A stretch of DNA of 53,390 nt, counting the filler, from Trypethelium eluteriae (Eukaryota): the NCBI GenBank assembly GCA_051942245.1. It is 2 parts of 2 records of this genome, joined end to end, with 100 filler letters (N's around TTAATTAATTAA, not from the genome) between each part and the next. Parts side by side here need not be neighbours in the genome. Positions count along the whole stretch, not along the records: positions 26,758 to 53,390 come from JAVECL010000347.1; 1 more part is not named here. The stretch is one strand, 5' to 3'. The notes beneath the pieces are model-generated. The model worked only from the letters and a program-made list of their open reading frames with translations, was not told the origin of the DNA and ran no database searches. The first letter of the stretch is position 1. Each line of letters starts with the position of its first letter. Position numbers and translations under genes: made by a program. Of the stretch, positions 37,108 to 49,786 are shown one piece after another.

Positions 37108-38991
37108 ATGGTTGGAATAGACAATACAACGCTCCTGACCTTTCGATTGTACGATATGCGTAACCCGTTTTTACTTATCTGCAAACTTACAAGTCCAGCA
37201 AATGTCACCCTCGGGTGTGCTCGGTTCAGATATTAGGATCCTGGGATAACTTTACTCGGGCATATCCACTGCGCAGAGACAAACGGGTTGGTCCGGACGA
37301 GTGGTCCGGATGTCACACTTACGAAAACATTGTTTGCGATGGTGATCTAAACGCAATGGCGAGGCCCCGTCGAGGAGGACTGAGAATGGGAGGGACATAC
37401 TGGTATTATGTATGTGCGATTCGCGCAAAACGTCCTCCGTTGCTCACAATCACTACTTTAGTACATCCTCGACGGTAACTTTGAAGCGTTCGACCAATCG
37501 CAAGCTACCACGAATATGTGCCCTCTTCTCCCTGGTCAAACCGTCAACGTACTAGAAGTGCCTTTGGAGCAAATTGAAGAACCAAGTCGCAGAGCATCCG
37601 TCAGCGCCACGACAGCTATGTCAGACGTCCATACTTTGCAGCCTACGGACAGATTTCAAAACCCTCGACCTGATTCCAACCCTAAGTTTTCTCGGCTTTT
37701 GACATCACCATCGAAACTTGAAAAAGTCCCTAGTGGGGCAAGAGCGCAGATCGGCGCTCTTCCTGATATCCTTCATGTTGACTCCACGTCAGCCACTTCC
37801 AATCCCGGGAAGCAGTCGGCTGCTGCTAGGAATCTGAGTGAGAAAGCGCTTCAAGCCTCTTGCGACCCCGTAGTTTCCAGGCCGTCTGATTTTGCCGAAT
37901 TTGACTTCAACAACTTTCAGCTCGAAGCTCACAACGTCAACGATGAGTCTAATGCCGTCGAAGAAGGACCAGAAAGTAAACCATTTACCGAGACTATCAC
38001 ACGACCCAGGAGCAATAATCACTCCGGCTCTTTTTGGGCGATAGGGACTAGCCACGTTCGTCACTACTCTTGTCCGTCCACTCTGTTCAGTGGCGGGTCG
38101 ACAATTCACACTCCTCTCGGTTCCCATCCGGTGACCCGTAGACCCCAATGGCGCCATTCGGATAGTAGCTTCTCTTGCAAGAAGGTCTTGCGTCAGGATC
38201 GATGGCGAGATTTGATCTATCCAATTGAGCATCCCGCAGCGAATACTCAAATCCACCTACCAATTGATACTAGGCCGATGACCCCTATTCATTCCGGAGA
38301 GGATAGCCCAGCTGCTGATCGATCGTACAACCCTTCAATGATATCTGCTAACGTAGGCGAAAGGCCTGATCCCACGCTCCCGGAGGAAGATCACGATCTC
38401 TCTCACAATCTTTATTCAAGGTCGCGCGAACCAGCGCAGGAGCAATGGGCGTTCTCATATCAAGGCGTTATCGAGCCAACATTGGCTTCACGGAACTCGA
38501 AAGATAATGGTTTCTCCTTTGATTCAAATCCAAAATATCTGGACGATGAAGCGAACGGGTCAGAGCTAGTCAGTTCACCAACATGCGGCTCGCTGACGGA
38601 AGATGTATCGGACGAATCATATGTTGCGTCAAGTGCAAGCAGTGATATATGGAGCCCTCAAGTCCACAAGCCATTGTGGCTGCGGTCGCCCTCGTTGGAT
38701 TTCGCTCTCGACCGACCAAACTCGTCTGGGTCCAACGAAGTTTATACTGATCCTGATCAAGATACTACTGGCATATTTTACGGCTACAGTCTACCTGATG
38801 AAGCGGGACAAAGCCAATTGACTATCACAAAGACAATTACCCCAAAAACCACTCCACGATTGAGATCTGACTCTCAGGATGGATCATTTTCAAAACAAGA
38901 CTTTCCAGAGTTGACGCCTTCTTTGCCGACACTGCCTAAGATGGACTCCTTGTTCGATGATCTTGGCTACCTTGGAGGTGCTATCTCCTAA
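37108..38991 (+). CDS. EsdC-related protein: N-terminal AMPK-beta/CBM48-like glycogen-binding domain plus long disordered Ser/Pro-rich tail
   Basis: SVQILGSWDNF...WSGCH...GGLRMGGTYWYY/YILDG...CPLLPGQTVNVLEVP; C-terminal LFDDLGYLGGAIS. Two introns near the 5' end. Confidence 0.75.
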
Positions 38992-40082
38992 TCGTTATGT
39001 TTACCACTCATCACGACTTACGATCTTTGAATGGATTCAGTTTCACTTTCCCTCCATTCATCTGGCAACGATGTACTATGACAACTCATTCTTTCCATCT
39101 TTTTGCAACGATTTATGCATAGGTACCCGATGATTAGCATTCGGCTCCTTTCTCATTTCGATACCCAAATAGACGAGGGACTTCGCAGGAAATGGGCGTT
39201 TGTGTTTTGCATTAGCTGTGCTTTACGCGACTCGAGTATGACTTTTCCCTCAATGCTTCAAGCGTCGTCAGCGAGATTGTTATTTTTACGTACCTACTGG
39301 GTTGGTTCCTAGAGATCACGCAGCACCTTGGCGCTGTGATGAGGAAGGCAGGTACATCGAAACTGATTCAGACAACATGAGACATTTATTGAATTCGATT
39401 ATTCGAATTGGCTTCACTTCAGCTTTTCACCAAGTGTTGGGGCTGCTATAATGACCATCTCATTTAGGGTTATCCAGGTACCTACCTTAGGCAGTACTGT
39501 AAGTATGAGGTAGTTAAGGCTACTTAGTAGAGACCCTGAACTGCTACCGCTAGCAGCTCCCCCGGGTGCGGGAGCGGCCGAGCTCCGAAATGATCTCATT
39601 TCGCAACTTCGCCGATAGGGACGGTTGTAAACATGTTCGATGGAAAAAGGAGGCAGCGATCATCTATCACAATTGAATGGCGGTACGGAGTAGGTAGAGG
39701 AGTCTTGATGACCTAATCTGACGGTCTTCATCCTCCAGCTCCTGCGCCAATCCTTGTTGCATGCCCATCCACGCGCTTCCGTTCCGAGCACTGACGCCAT
39801 TAGGCACCGGAAACTTTCCAAGCTCCTGTCAGCAAAAATTCGCAAGCCCACAACCCTTTCACCTTCCTGCTTGGATGCAAGTCTCACGAGTCGCTTTTCC
39901 TACCGCAAACGAGTCGTCCAGCAACTGTGGGTTTCAACGCACGGAAGTGAAAAGAACGCAATAAATCAGCGAGGGTGCAGCTAGCTTTGTATACCTCTCA
40001 CGAGCTCCGCAACTAGGCTAGGTGGATAGTCGCAAGACGCTCATCAAGTCTTCTCTGTGTGCAGTCGCTGGAAGGCGGAACC

Positions 40083-41122
40083 ATGGCGACTCCGACCGTT
40101 AGAGAGAACGGGAATGGATTGAATGGAAGACCTCGTGGACAAGTTTCTCAGGAGAAGAAGGAGCAGCAAGAGAACATCTTCCTCTTCATCCCAAATCTCA
40201 TTGGTAACATAAGGCGGATCTATTATTGCTTCGGTACTGACTCCAATTCAGGCTACGCTCGTATCGTATTGGCCATCATATCACTCTACTTCATGCCTCT
40301 CCATCCGCGCCGATGCAGTTTCCTCTACAGTGTATCCTGCCTCCTGGACGCCGTGGACGGCGTCGCCGCGCGACGGTTCCAACAGTCCACCAAGTTCGGA
40401 GCAATCTTGGACATGATCACGGATCGCTGCACCACTGCATGCCTTCTCGTCTTCCTTGCATCTGCCTTCCCGCGATGGGCCATCCTCTTCCAGGGCCTTA
40501 TTAGTTTGGATCTCGCGAGCCACTATGTCCATATGTACGCAACTTTGACGATGGGAGGCAGCGGACAGAGTCATAAGAAGATCGATGAAGGGAGGAGTTG
40601 GATCCTGAAGCAATACTATTCAAACAACGTGGGTTTTCTAGATTTTGCCTGGGTGTGCCGTAGATGGTCAGAAGTTCTGGAGACTAACATGCTCACAGAA
40701 CGTTCTGTTCACGTTTTGCGCCCTGAACGAAACCTTCTTTATCGCCCTCTACCTTCTCTCCTTCTCTTCCCCCCTGATCTCGCCCCAGCTCCTTGAGACC
40801 GTTCCGGCGCAGAACGGCACCGCGACAAAAGGGCAATTATTCATGCACCCGTGGTCTGCCGGTGCGATGGAGTTAGCAAGGTAAGCTACATATCCCTAAC
40901 GGGCTTTCTCGATTTGCCTGAGCTTCGACTGATATCCTTACCAGAGCAAACAAACTCGACAGCACCGTGCCGTGGATTCTAGCAGGCATTTCTTTCCCGG
41001 TTATGGCGGGCAAGCAATTTATCAACGTCGTCCAGCTCGTCAAGGCGAGCAGATGGCTTGCAGAAGGTGACCTCGCAGAGCGCAAGAAATTAGGTTTACC
41101 TCGAAAGAAAAAGAATATCTAA
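40083..41122 (+). CDS. PIS1: Phosphatidylinositol synthase (CDP-diacylglycerol--inositol 3-phosphatidyltransferase)
   Basis: ENIFLFIPNLIGYARIVL and the CDP-alcohol phosphotransferase motif LLDAVDGVAARRFQQSTKFGAILDMITDR, then LDLASHY and KQFINVVQL. Three introns; TAA at 41120-41122. Confidence 0.96.
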
Positions 41123-41579
41123 TATGGCGCTGGTCTCGATATCGAAACGCATGGTTGTCGTAAAGCTCTTTGTTACTTGTTGTACATATAGCATGCCTTC
41201 CTCGAAGCGTGAACTTCTTTTACGCATGGGTTTGGGAAGATTTTGAGCCTCGATATTTTCAAATCGTCAGGTAATACGGCGCAAGAGGAATTATCCTGAG
41301 TCTAACGTCGATGCGAAATCTGGGTTTGGGAAATAGATGGGGAAAGTTTCTCGCTGAACTGGCTTCTACCTTTAATCATCTGGTTCTCTAACAACTTTGG
41401 CCTCGCTCATTATTTTTTTTTTTTACTTTTACGCCTCGTGAGCGTTACGGTTTCGAGCGGTAGATCGGCCAGCGTCTTTACCAGAGAAATACCACTTAGG
41501 TGGTGAAAAGCGTAGCGCCAACTTCAGAACGGGGGGGAAACAGTTTCACCGCAGCGAAAGATGCGTTGAGCTGGTACAA

Positions 41580-41610
41580 TGCCTGCTGCCTGCTGCCTGT
41601 TGCCTGCTGC
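41580..41610. repeat. 7-bp tandem repeat (TGCCTGC) x~4.4
   Basis: tgcctgc tgcctgc tgcctgt tgcctgc tgc, about 125 bp upstream of the kinase-ankyrin ATG. Confidence 0.85.
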
Positions 41611-41735
41611 ACGCCTTGCAGATCTGATCTGCGGGGTCACCTCGCATGTACAGAGTACATATTTAGAGGAAGTTCTGGTCTGCTATGTGCTCCGATCCTA
41701 ACCCCATCTCTTGAAAGAAAGCTGGGGATTCCGAA

Positions 41736-44700
41736 ATGCTAGAGATGATTGCAACCGACTTTCTGCGTCTCGGCACTACACAACGCCAAACACAGCCATT
41801 CATTGAGAGCGTTAGTATCAGCTGTCGGCCCTCTAGGCAAGTAGACCTAAGTGAATCTGAAGCTGCTTCGATTCGAGGTCGATTGGCGCGTGTCGAAAGT
41901 ATTCGCACTATCTTGGACTTCTTAGATTTTCTATCAGCCATTCCCGAAAAGTTTCTCCTAGATTTGTCATCCGAACAGGAAGTTTTACGCAGGCTAGTTT
42001 CCGGAACAAAAATCCACTCTTCTTTTATTGGGAACGGTTTATCATTTGTTGTACGCACTTACACGCGGCCCGACCTGCCAGCGGTGGTCTTAGAAAGAAT
42101 ACCAAGTTACGACCGCCAGCGTGAGACGGTGCCAGTCGTAATAGCGATCAAGAGTCCTCGCACAGAGAGCAATAGTGGAGCGTTTGATGAGAACCTGCAA
42201 GCCGCTGCTCTCCGCGCCGTTGCATGGGAGTGCCATGTCCTTACTCATCCACCCATGCAAGCGTCTCAGAACATCGTAAGACTCCTTGGGGTCATCTGGG
42301 AATATGGATCACCTGGTCGTCGAATGGTTCCAGCGCTTGCAATGGAATATGCCGACGCGGGCACTCTGGATAATCTCATTGACTCGCAAGAGTACAGCCT
42401 CACCTACGAGATGAAAAAGAAACTTGTCCTTGATGTTGCCCGAGGCCTAAACGATCTCCATCAAAGCTATTTCATTCACGGAGATATCAAAACCGATAAC
42501 GTTCTTTTATTCACTGATGCACAAGGAGGGCTCTGTGCAAAAGTCGCTGACTTTGGCTGCGCAATTCACATCTCAGGGGAGAACAAGATCGTCCATCTGC
42601 CCGGTCGATCGCCGCCTTGGGATGCACCAGAGTCTCAGGAAGATATTTCATCCCATCTACTGAGGCAAATTGATATCTACGGATGGGGTCTCTTGGTCTG
42701 GAGAGTCATGCTTGATGGCCGAACTCCTTTCGACTCCGCAAAACGACAAACCGCAAGAGGCGTCGCAGCCTTTGACCGGATCTTGAGCTATGATCGTCAA
42801 AGTGATGAGTTTTTTCTAAAGGCGCAGGAATTTAAGCTTGCCGCTGATGACCTCTTTTTAGAATACGTCAAATTGACTCTCCCGGATTATGGCATCGATA
42901 ACAAGTCTGTGACCGAGACTCTTTCCTGTGCCCTGCTTCGTGATCCCCTAAAACGCGTTCGGAGCTTTGAGACCATCAGTCAGGTCCTGGAAACGGGTGA
43001 AAGAGTGATTTGCAGCAGCTCTACGTTAGATTTGGATGCTTTAAGTTTGGAACGTTCTTCTGAGGGCCTCTCTGCAAGAAAGCTTATTCCTCAACCTGCA
43101 TTCTTTTCTCCAGTTATTAAGGTGAGAGCCCGGAGATTCAATCGTAAGCCCCAGCTCATGTGTAAATGACTCAACCACAGTTTCCAGAGCCTCAGCAGAC
43201 TGCAACGGCGGATATTCAGCAATTCGTTCAAGAAAGCATACAGCGGGCGAATCAAGGTGCCGAAGAACCAATCTACTTCGGCACCTTCGGCAAGTACGGA
43301 TACTCATCCCATGATGTGAGCTGGTGCAATCCCTTGTTCTTCGAGATCTCTAATGTTGAGGATTGATATATAGCTCCTCAAATTTAGCGAATCCGACACG
43401 TCGAGAAACCTCGATACAGAAGTCAAGCACCAAATGTCTGAGGACTACAAAGAGCAAGCTATGGACGAACAGCTTGAAAGACATCATCGCGGGAATGGCG
43501 CCTTCAACTATGCACTCAGTATCTTACTGTATTTCAATAAGGAAGCCACTGATACTGAAGGGCTCCACTGGCTGAATCGAGCTGCCGAGTTAGGATGTAT
43601 ACAGGCCCAAGCTTTGACCTACCGGCTTCACGCGGCTTTTGGTATTTCGGTGCCCAGTAATCTTCCTGTTGTTCCATGGCTTGTTCACGCAGCTACAAGT
43701 GGGTCTCAGTTTGCTCTTGAGGACTTAGCGCGAGAAGATACCTTATCGTACCAACAAGTGTTGGGAGAACTAGACAAAAGAAAGAAATTAATCACGGGTC
43801 AGCCAGGCTGGGTTCAGAAGTCCGAAGTCAACGCCGTACTTCCGTTCGAGGATACTGGGCGCTTCAAAGCTGCGCTAGACACGCTGTTGGCCCAGAAGAT
43901 TAATGGCTATGAATCAATCAACGATATAAAAACAGTATTCGGGCATGGCGTGACCCATATAGCAGCTTGCTTCAATTACGTAGACGCCCTACGTCTCTGT
44001 AATGGTCTGGGAGCGGACATCAACAGCAGGACCGAGACTGGAGAGAACCCCCTTCTCTCCGCCTGCCGCTCCGGTCATGCTGAGGCTGCAAGATACCTCC
44101 TACATAGCGGCTCCTCTACGTCAACTGTAGATTGGTTTGGTCGTAACGTGCTCCATTACTTAGTTTACCTTTCGGAAGAAGCGGCCTTGGAGCTTTTACC
44201 CCTCATGGTACAGAAAGGTGCAGATCCGAACCAACAGGCCCAAGACCGAACTGACACTACCCCATTCGTTGGCGAAGCCTTCATTGCTAGCGGAACGCCT
44301 CTGCATTGGGCTGTGGCTTTTCGAAAGGCTGGTCTTTGCGAAGCATTATTGAAGCATGGTGCTGATCCGCTTCGGCCTGATAGCTGGCTCGAGGATTGGA
44401 AAATATGGGACTCCTCGACGGCTCGGCACCTCAGAGATGATGGTGCAAATCCCATCTTTGAATCCCCCTTTGCATTGGCAGTCGAACTGCATATTCCACG
44501 TATTGTCGAGATTTTCCTCGCTTACATTGATGCCAACAGCATTGATCCAAGATTGAACAAGAGATTATTCGTCAATACGGCTGTGAGGCAGCAGCGTCTA
44601 AAAATGATGTATGTATGACTTCTGTATCGGGTTGTACTAAATTACACCAAACATCAAAGTAATTTGACACTCCTAGCTAGGTGTCTTAACGGCTCACAAC

Positions 44701-46026
44701 ATCGTGAGAATCTGATTCAGACAGTCCAGCTTTTACAAACGGATAAGATTGACACTAATCTTATGGGATTCTCCATCCTCACCAACAACGAAATTCTCGT
44801 ACATCACCTTCTCGAACAAGGCTTCCCGATAGAAATAGTTATCAGCGGCCTCAACCCGCTGTACATCGCATTGACTAAACCACATGGCAAAATCGCTCTA
44901 GACCTTCTCCGTCATGGTGCAGACCCTTGCAGGTCGCCCCCAGCGTGTCCAGCTGCCGCTATCACTATGCCTGCTCTTCGGCCACATGGCACACGAACCT
45001 TCGATGTGACAAAGGAGCTCATTAATTGCGGGTGCACGTACGAGGCGTATCCGAAAGCCTACGAAGTCCTGTACTTCAGAGCCGTAACGGAGGGGTGGGT
45101 GGACGTATCAGATCTACTCCTCCAGCAAGGCTTAGTAAAAGAAGATACGGACCAAGAGCTCTTTCGGTCATTATTAGTCCAGAATTCTGCGGCATCTCTG
45201 GTTGGTCTCCAACACCTAATTAGCATCCAGACTAGATATGGCACGGCAGACCCGACCTTATTTCCCTCCCAAGGTGCGAATGTCTACCACTATCTCCTAG
45301 ATAGTGACGAAGACACGAGAGACAGCCAGGTCAACGTTAGGGCTTTGGAGCTTCTCTTGAAAGTTTACTCTGCCCCATCCCTCCTAAATGCCACCGATCG
45401 AAAACGCGGGTGGACACCGATACATTACGGTGTATCACAAGGCAACCACAGAGCGATAGCAGTCTTGCTTGAATCAGGAGCGGATCCAAAAGCAGGAGAC
45501 AGAACGGTATCACTTCGAGCTCTCGACCGACTTCTAGATCCAAAAGTATTCTCTGGAGGATTCAAGGGGATCAGCAATCGACACCGCAAGGCACGTCGCT
45601 ACGAAGAAAACTCCATCTACTTGTTCCTCACTTTTCTGAGACACGAGCGTAATCTCAAATCTCTTCCAATCAGATCGTTCTCTGTGGCTCAGAATTCCTT
45701 AGAGGAATGGCGATCCGACAAATTCATAAACGCAGGACTGTCACGGGGCCTTCCTAATACAGAGCGGAGAGAGGGCTACTCAGTCTCTGTTTCCAGAAAT
45801 GCGGTCTCACCAACTGGGCGTTGGGGTATGCATGTTGTGGACTCGAGTGGTAAGCAAGTACGTGACCTCGGTGGGGCAGAATTTCTCCCAGGTGGGTCTT
45901 ACAGAATCTCATGCTCTCTTAAAGCTAGACTAACGAGTCTAATGAATAGCATTTAATGCTTTGGGGGAGGCGGTCGCTGATGACCTCTTTGAAAAGTTGG
46001 GTATCTCTTGGAAGAAGCGCCAGTAG
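41736..46026 (+). CDS. Protein kinase + Sel1-like repeats + ankyrin-repeat protein (~1347 aa)
   Basis: Exons 41736-43121, 43181-43315, 43374-44608, 44681-45891 and 45950-46026 join in frame (4044 nt). Kinase motifs IGNGLSFVV, IAIK, HGDIKTDN, DFG, WDAPE and DIYGWG. Sel1-like GLHWLNRAAELGCIQAQ. Ankyrin repeats GENPLLSACRSGH, GTPLHWAV...HGADP and GWTPIHYGV...SGADP. The start codon is uncertain (41736 or 41745). Confidence 0.88.
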
Positions 46027-46668
46027 CTGTGCCCGCAAGCCTACACTCTGGAGTGTGGGTACAAGGCAGAAAAAAAGGCAAGCCGCAGTAGGATAGGTCT
46101 TGCGTCAGTGCATCCCTATCGAATTCTACCTCAGGAAGGTGGCAAAGACGGGGAGGTCCCCATACTTTCTCAGCCTTACATTTCAGGTGGAATAGATTCT
46201 TTGCCGCCAGATATTATGGTCCATAGACGTAGGGTTCCGGCAGCAAGAAGATCGCACTCAAGCGCTAGAGCGGACAAAAGATGGCCTTGAAATATATAGC
46301 CGTTCTACTGGCTAGCAAAGCCTGCTCGATAAAGAATAAATGGCATCTCAGTTCAGTGAGAGTGGTTGTGCTAATTCCGAATGAGGTCAAAGCGTTCAAC
46401 GGTGCAGAAAGCTGTGCATGCAGGTAGGCAGGGATGTTTCCGAAGGTCGCCCGCTTCTCTTCCATGCCACCTACGCAGCCTGCCCGGCTGCCTTGTCAGC
46501 AGCATGCCGCAGGCAAAAATGTTCTTTCATTCAATCACAGAGCGATTGCGTGATATCTTGATGATTTCACGGCTCATGTCTCCTTGTTACGAGAACGTCT
46601 CCGTAGGTGCATACCTGTCTGGCCTGCTCAGGACTGCTACGAGAGAGGCATGTCTGTAAGATATTTCA

Positions 46669-48911
46669 ATGGCAGAAAGGTCCGAAGATTCTCTCAAGTT
46701 CGAGCTGAACGAACGATTGAAGACCTCTATACGCTCGGAGACCTACGGCTATGTCAAGGTTCTTACATTGTACTGGACCGAGGGCGAAGTCGGCTTCCGG
46801 GAAGAGGCTCAAGAGTTCGGCCGCTTCGTCCAGGATATTTTCGGATATGACGTTGAGGAGTTCGAGATTCCGACGTTGATGAGCGCTCAAAGTTTGAGAG
46901 GAGTCGTGCTGAATTCCGCTGTTGCGGCTGGTAAACATGCTATCTCAAGCAAGACTCAATCACTATTGATCATTCATTACGGAGGACATGGAGACAAGGA
47001 CGATGATAAGCATGCAGGCCAGGAGCGACGATCAGTATGGGCTGCGTAAGTTTTCCTTTCAACGTATTTGGTCTGGATTAGATAACTTAATTCTTCGTCA
47101 GATATGCAGTGGGTGGACCCACGCTCGAGTGGTACAAGATCCAGGAGGATCTGATGGATTTTGATATTGACATACTCCTCGTTCTGGACTGCTGCTTTGC
47201 TTCTCAAGCTGGTCGTGCTTCCGATAGACGGACAGGTCGGATACTGGCTCTTGCAGCTGCGGCGAAGAACGAGAAGACGCCACTACCAGGTGATGACTCC
47301 TATACTCAAGGTATTATGCGAGAGATGAAGAAATTAGTGCTCGAAAATGGCTACACTAGCACCCTTGAGCTACATCAACGGCTCTTAAGTCGTAAGGCAG
47401 GACTACAGGCCACTCCACAGTACATTCCAATCCGCCTTGGACATAGGGATAATGATATACGACTAATGTCCACCACTGTGACCGTCAGCACAAGCGCAGA
47501 CGTCAAGGTTTCTGGGTCTCTTCTGCGATTTGTTCTTCGAACTGAAAATCTCGATCGCGAGACTATTCAGTCCCTGATGACTTGGCTTGGCAGCGATGTT
47601 CCAGTGGAAGTAACAGGCATGGAAATCGAGGAAGTGCTTGTCACTACTAAGGGGATCCATAATTTCCTCAAGAGAGCACGACTCGAAGAGACTCCGCTCT
47701 CTACCGCAATGGATGACTCTAACTGGCGGGAGATTACGTCGGCATGGGATCGAGTTCTAGACCTCTTCCATCAATACGACCTTAACTCCGGAAACGACGG
47801 GTCCAAGGAACGCAAAGTGCTCGTTCAGAACCGTATCGAGTCCTTCCTATCCCAGCTACGTTCTCGAAACGACGAGTGTCTAGACGCTGTTGAACATAGC
47901 GCACTTGCAGCCTCAGACAACCTAGAGGACTCCATCGTGGATCAGGCTATTGAGGACCCCACCCTTCAAAATATCGGCATTGCGGATCAGCTACGTCTGC
48001 GTCGGATCATTCGCTCGGAAAACACTTGGCCGGGACAAGAAAAGCTCTCTGGAAGCTCTGCTGTTGTAGCGGAGTACAAGCCATATTCTCCGTCGAGGGA
48101 CGAGTCTGATATGGAGGCACTGACGGCTCGAGTGAGCCAATTGTCGGCACTCTTGAAAGCGAACAAGAAAAACGCTTTTCGTTCCTTGAGATGTTGTGGC
48201 TGGGAAGATGAACCTGCCAACAATCGATTTATCCTTTACTTTGAGGTACCAGTCCGCTTTCAAGATCCAGAACCGGAATATCGCAGTTTGTCCGATCTAT
48301 TAAAGAACCCTAGAAATCTTGAACGCCCTTCGTTGAATGCCCGGCTGAAAGTCGCTCATATACTTGCCACGGCAGTACAAAGCTGGCATAATATTGGATG
48401 GGTGCATGAAGGGATCAGTAGCCCACATATCCTGTTTTTTGTGTCCCATCAAATACGAGCAGTTGTATATGATGAGCCGTTTCTCCAAGGGTTTGATCTT
48501 GCAAGGCCCAATGTGGCACCATCGATTGGTCGTTATGTCGACAATATCACGTTCAATGTTTACCGACACCCTGCTAGACAAGGTCCGTCACGCGAAGGAC
48601 ATCGCAAAGTCCATGACTTCTACTCCTTAGGCGTTGTTCTACTAGAGCTAGGTTTATGGCAGGATGCCAACGCCATCGTTACGCCCAAGAGAGGAGAACG
48701 GCTCGAAGTATCTACCATGCAGCAAAAGCTGCAAGTTGCTGCACGAGACCGTCTACCCCACTACGCTGGAGTATCCTACGAGAAAGCAGTTACGGCGTGT
48801 CTCAGTGGGCAGCTGGCTGTTGAGAAGGATGATCGTAATGAATCCGAATTGGCCAAGACATTCAAGAAGCTGGTCATTGCTGAATTGGCTCAGGGAGTGC
48901 GAGTTACTTGA
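46669..48911 (+). CDS. Caspase-like (peptidase C14-type) domain + helical region + pseudokinase (728 aa)
   Basis: Exons 46669-47045 and 47102-48911 join in frame. N-terminal VKVLTLYW, LLIIHYGGHG (His 46987) and ILLVLDCC (Cys 47190). C-terminal kinase-fold motifs VAEYK, WVHEGISSPHILFF, FLQGFDLARP, YRHP and HDFYSLGVVLLELGLW, of the type seen in fungal HeLo-kinase proteins. Confidence 0.88.
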
Positions 48912-49786
48912 AACTGTGCACCATTCCCCATCGCGAGTTCTCCACCATATCGAGCTAACAAGCTATATATGAGACCCGTAAGCGCTGCGGTTCCCCACGG
49001 CGATCATTACCCGGCATGCTCCAAGTCACCTCCATTGACCTGTTTCCCATTCTCATACTTTGTGTTGTTCGCATGGACGAGCGTGTATTTCTCGCTCCCA
49101 AGTACGGAGGAGATGAGGAGCGGACCAATCAGAGTGCGGCTACCCGGTTCAGATAGGTAGACTTTGTCACCAACACAGAACTTGCTTCCCTTGAAAGCGT
49201 TACAAACTGAGTGCTGTGCTCATTTGGTCCGTATTGATATCTTACCGTAGAGTACTCTGTGATGCGTGGACGTCCGCTGTCATCCGAGATAATTGGATCG
49301 CGCAGGTCTCCGCGACTTTTTGCATCCTCATCCTTGCTAGTCTTAGTTGCTTCCATTATGTTCGGTGGCTCTAAATTGGAGGGATGTCTGAGTCTGAGCA
49401 GTAGACGCTTGGTCGCGAGTCATGGGCGAAGTTTTGGCTTTCAGACAATTGCTTGGGCCTGGGTGTCCGTCTCGGAATATACTTTGGCTCGTGCGAGGCT
49501 TGATCTCGCAGCTGAGTATCTGCCTAGAGAATCCTGGTCTCTGCAGCTTGTAGAATGGGCCACTAACAATCAGGCTTGTGCCCCAAAAGTGCTTTTGCGG
49601 GTTCAGCCTAGTGCGGCCCAAGCCACACCGACTGTTACGTTACTGGTCGGCGGGCAGACAGTCCTGACATTGGAACTGCTTAGCTCCTTCACCGGACGAA
49701 GGCCTAGCAAAATAAAATGTAGTTTAGAGGCTTGAATATGTCCGACTGCTCACAAGATGATCAGCTGTCTCTGGTAACAAGTCATA

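Noticed and set aside
43181..43315. Possible RHIM/amyloid signalling motif (PIYFGTFGKYGYS) after the kinase domain
   Set aside because: It lacks the (I/V)Q(I/V)G core and N/Q ladder, and no matching motif is seen in the neighbouring proteins.
49129..49735. Short ORFs between the caspase-pseudokinase and DUF6594 genes as a possible fourth component
   Set aside because: No motifs, no consistent splice model, and they overlap on both strands; more likely promoter or intergenic sequence.
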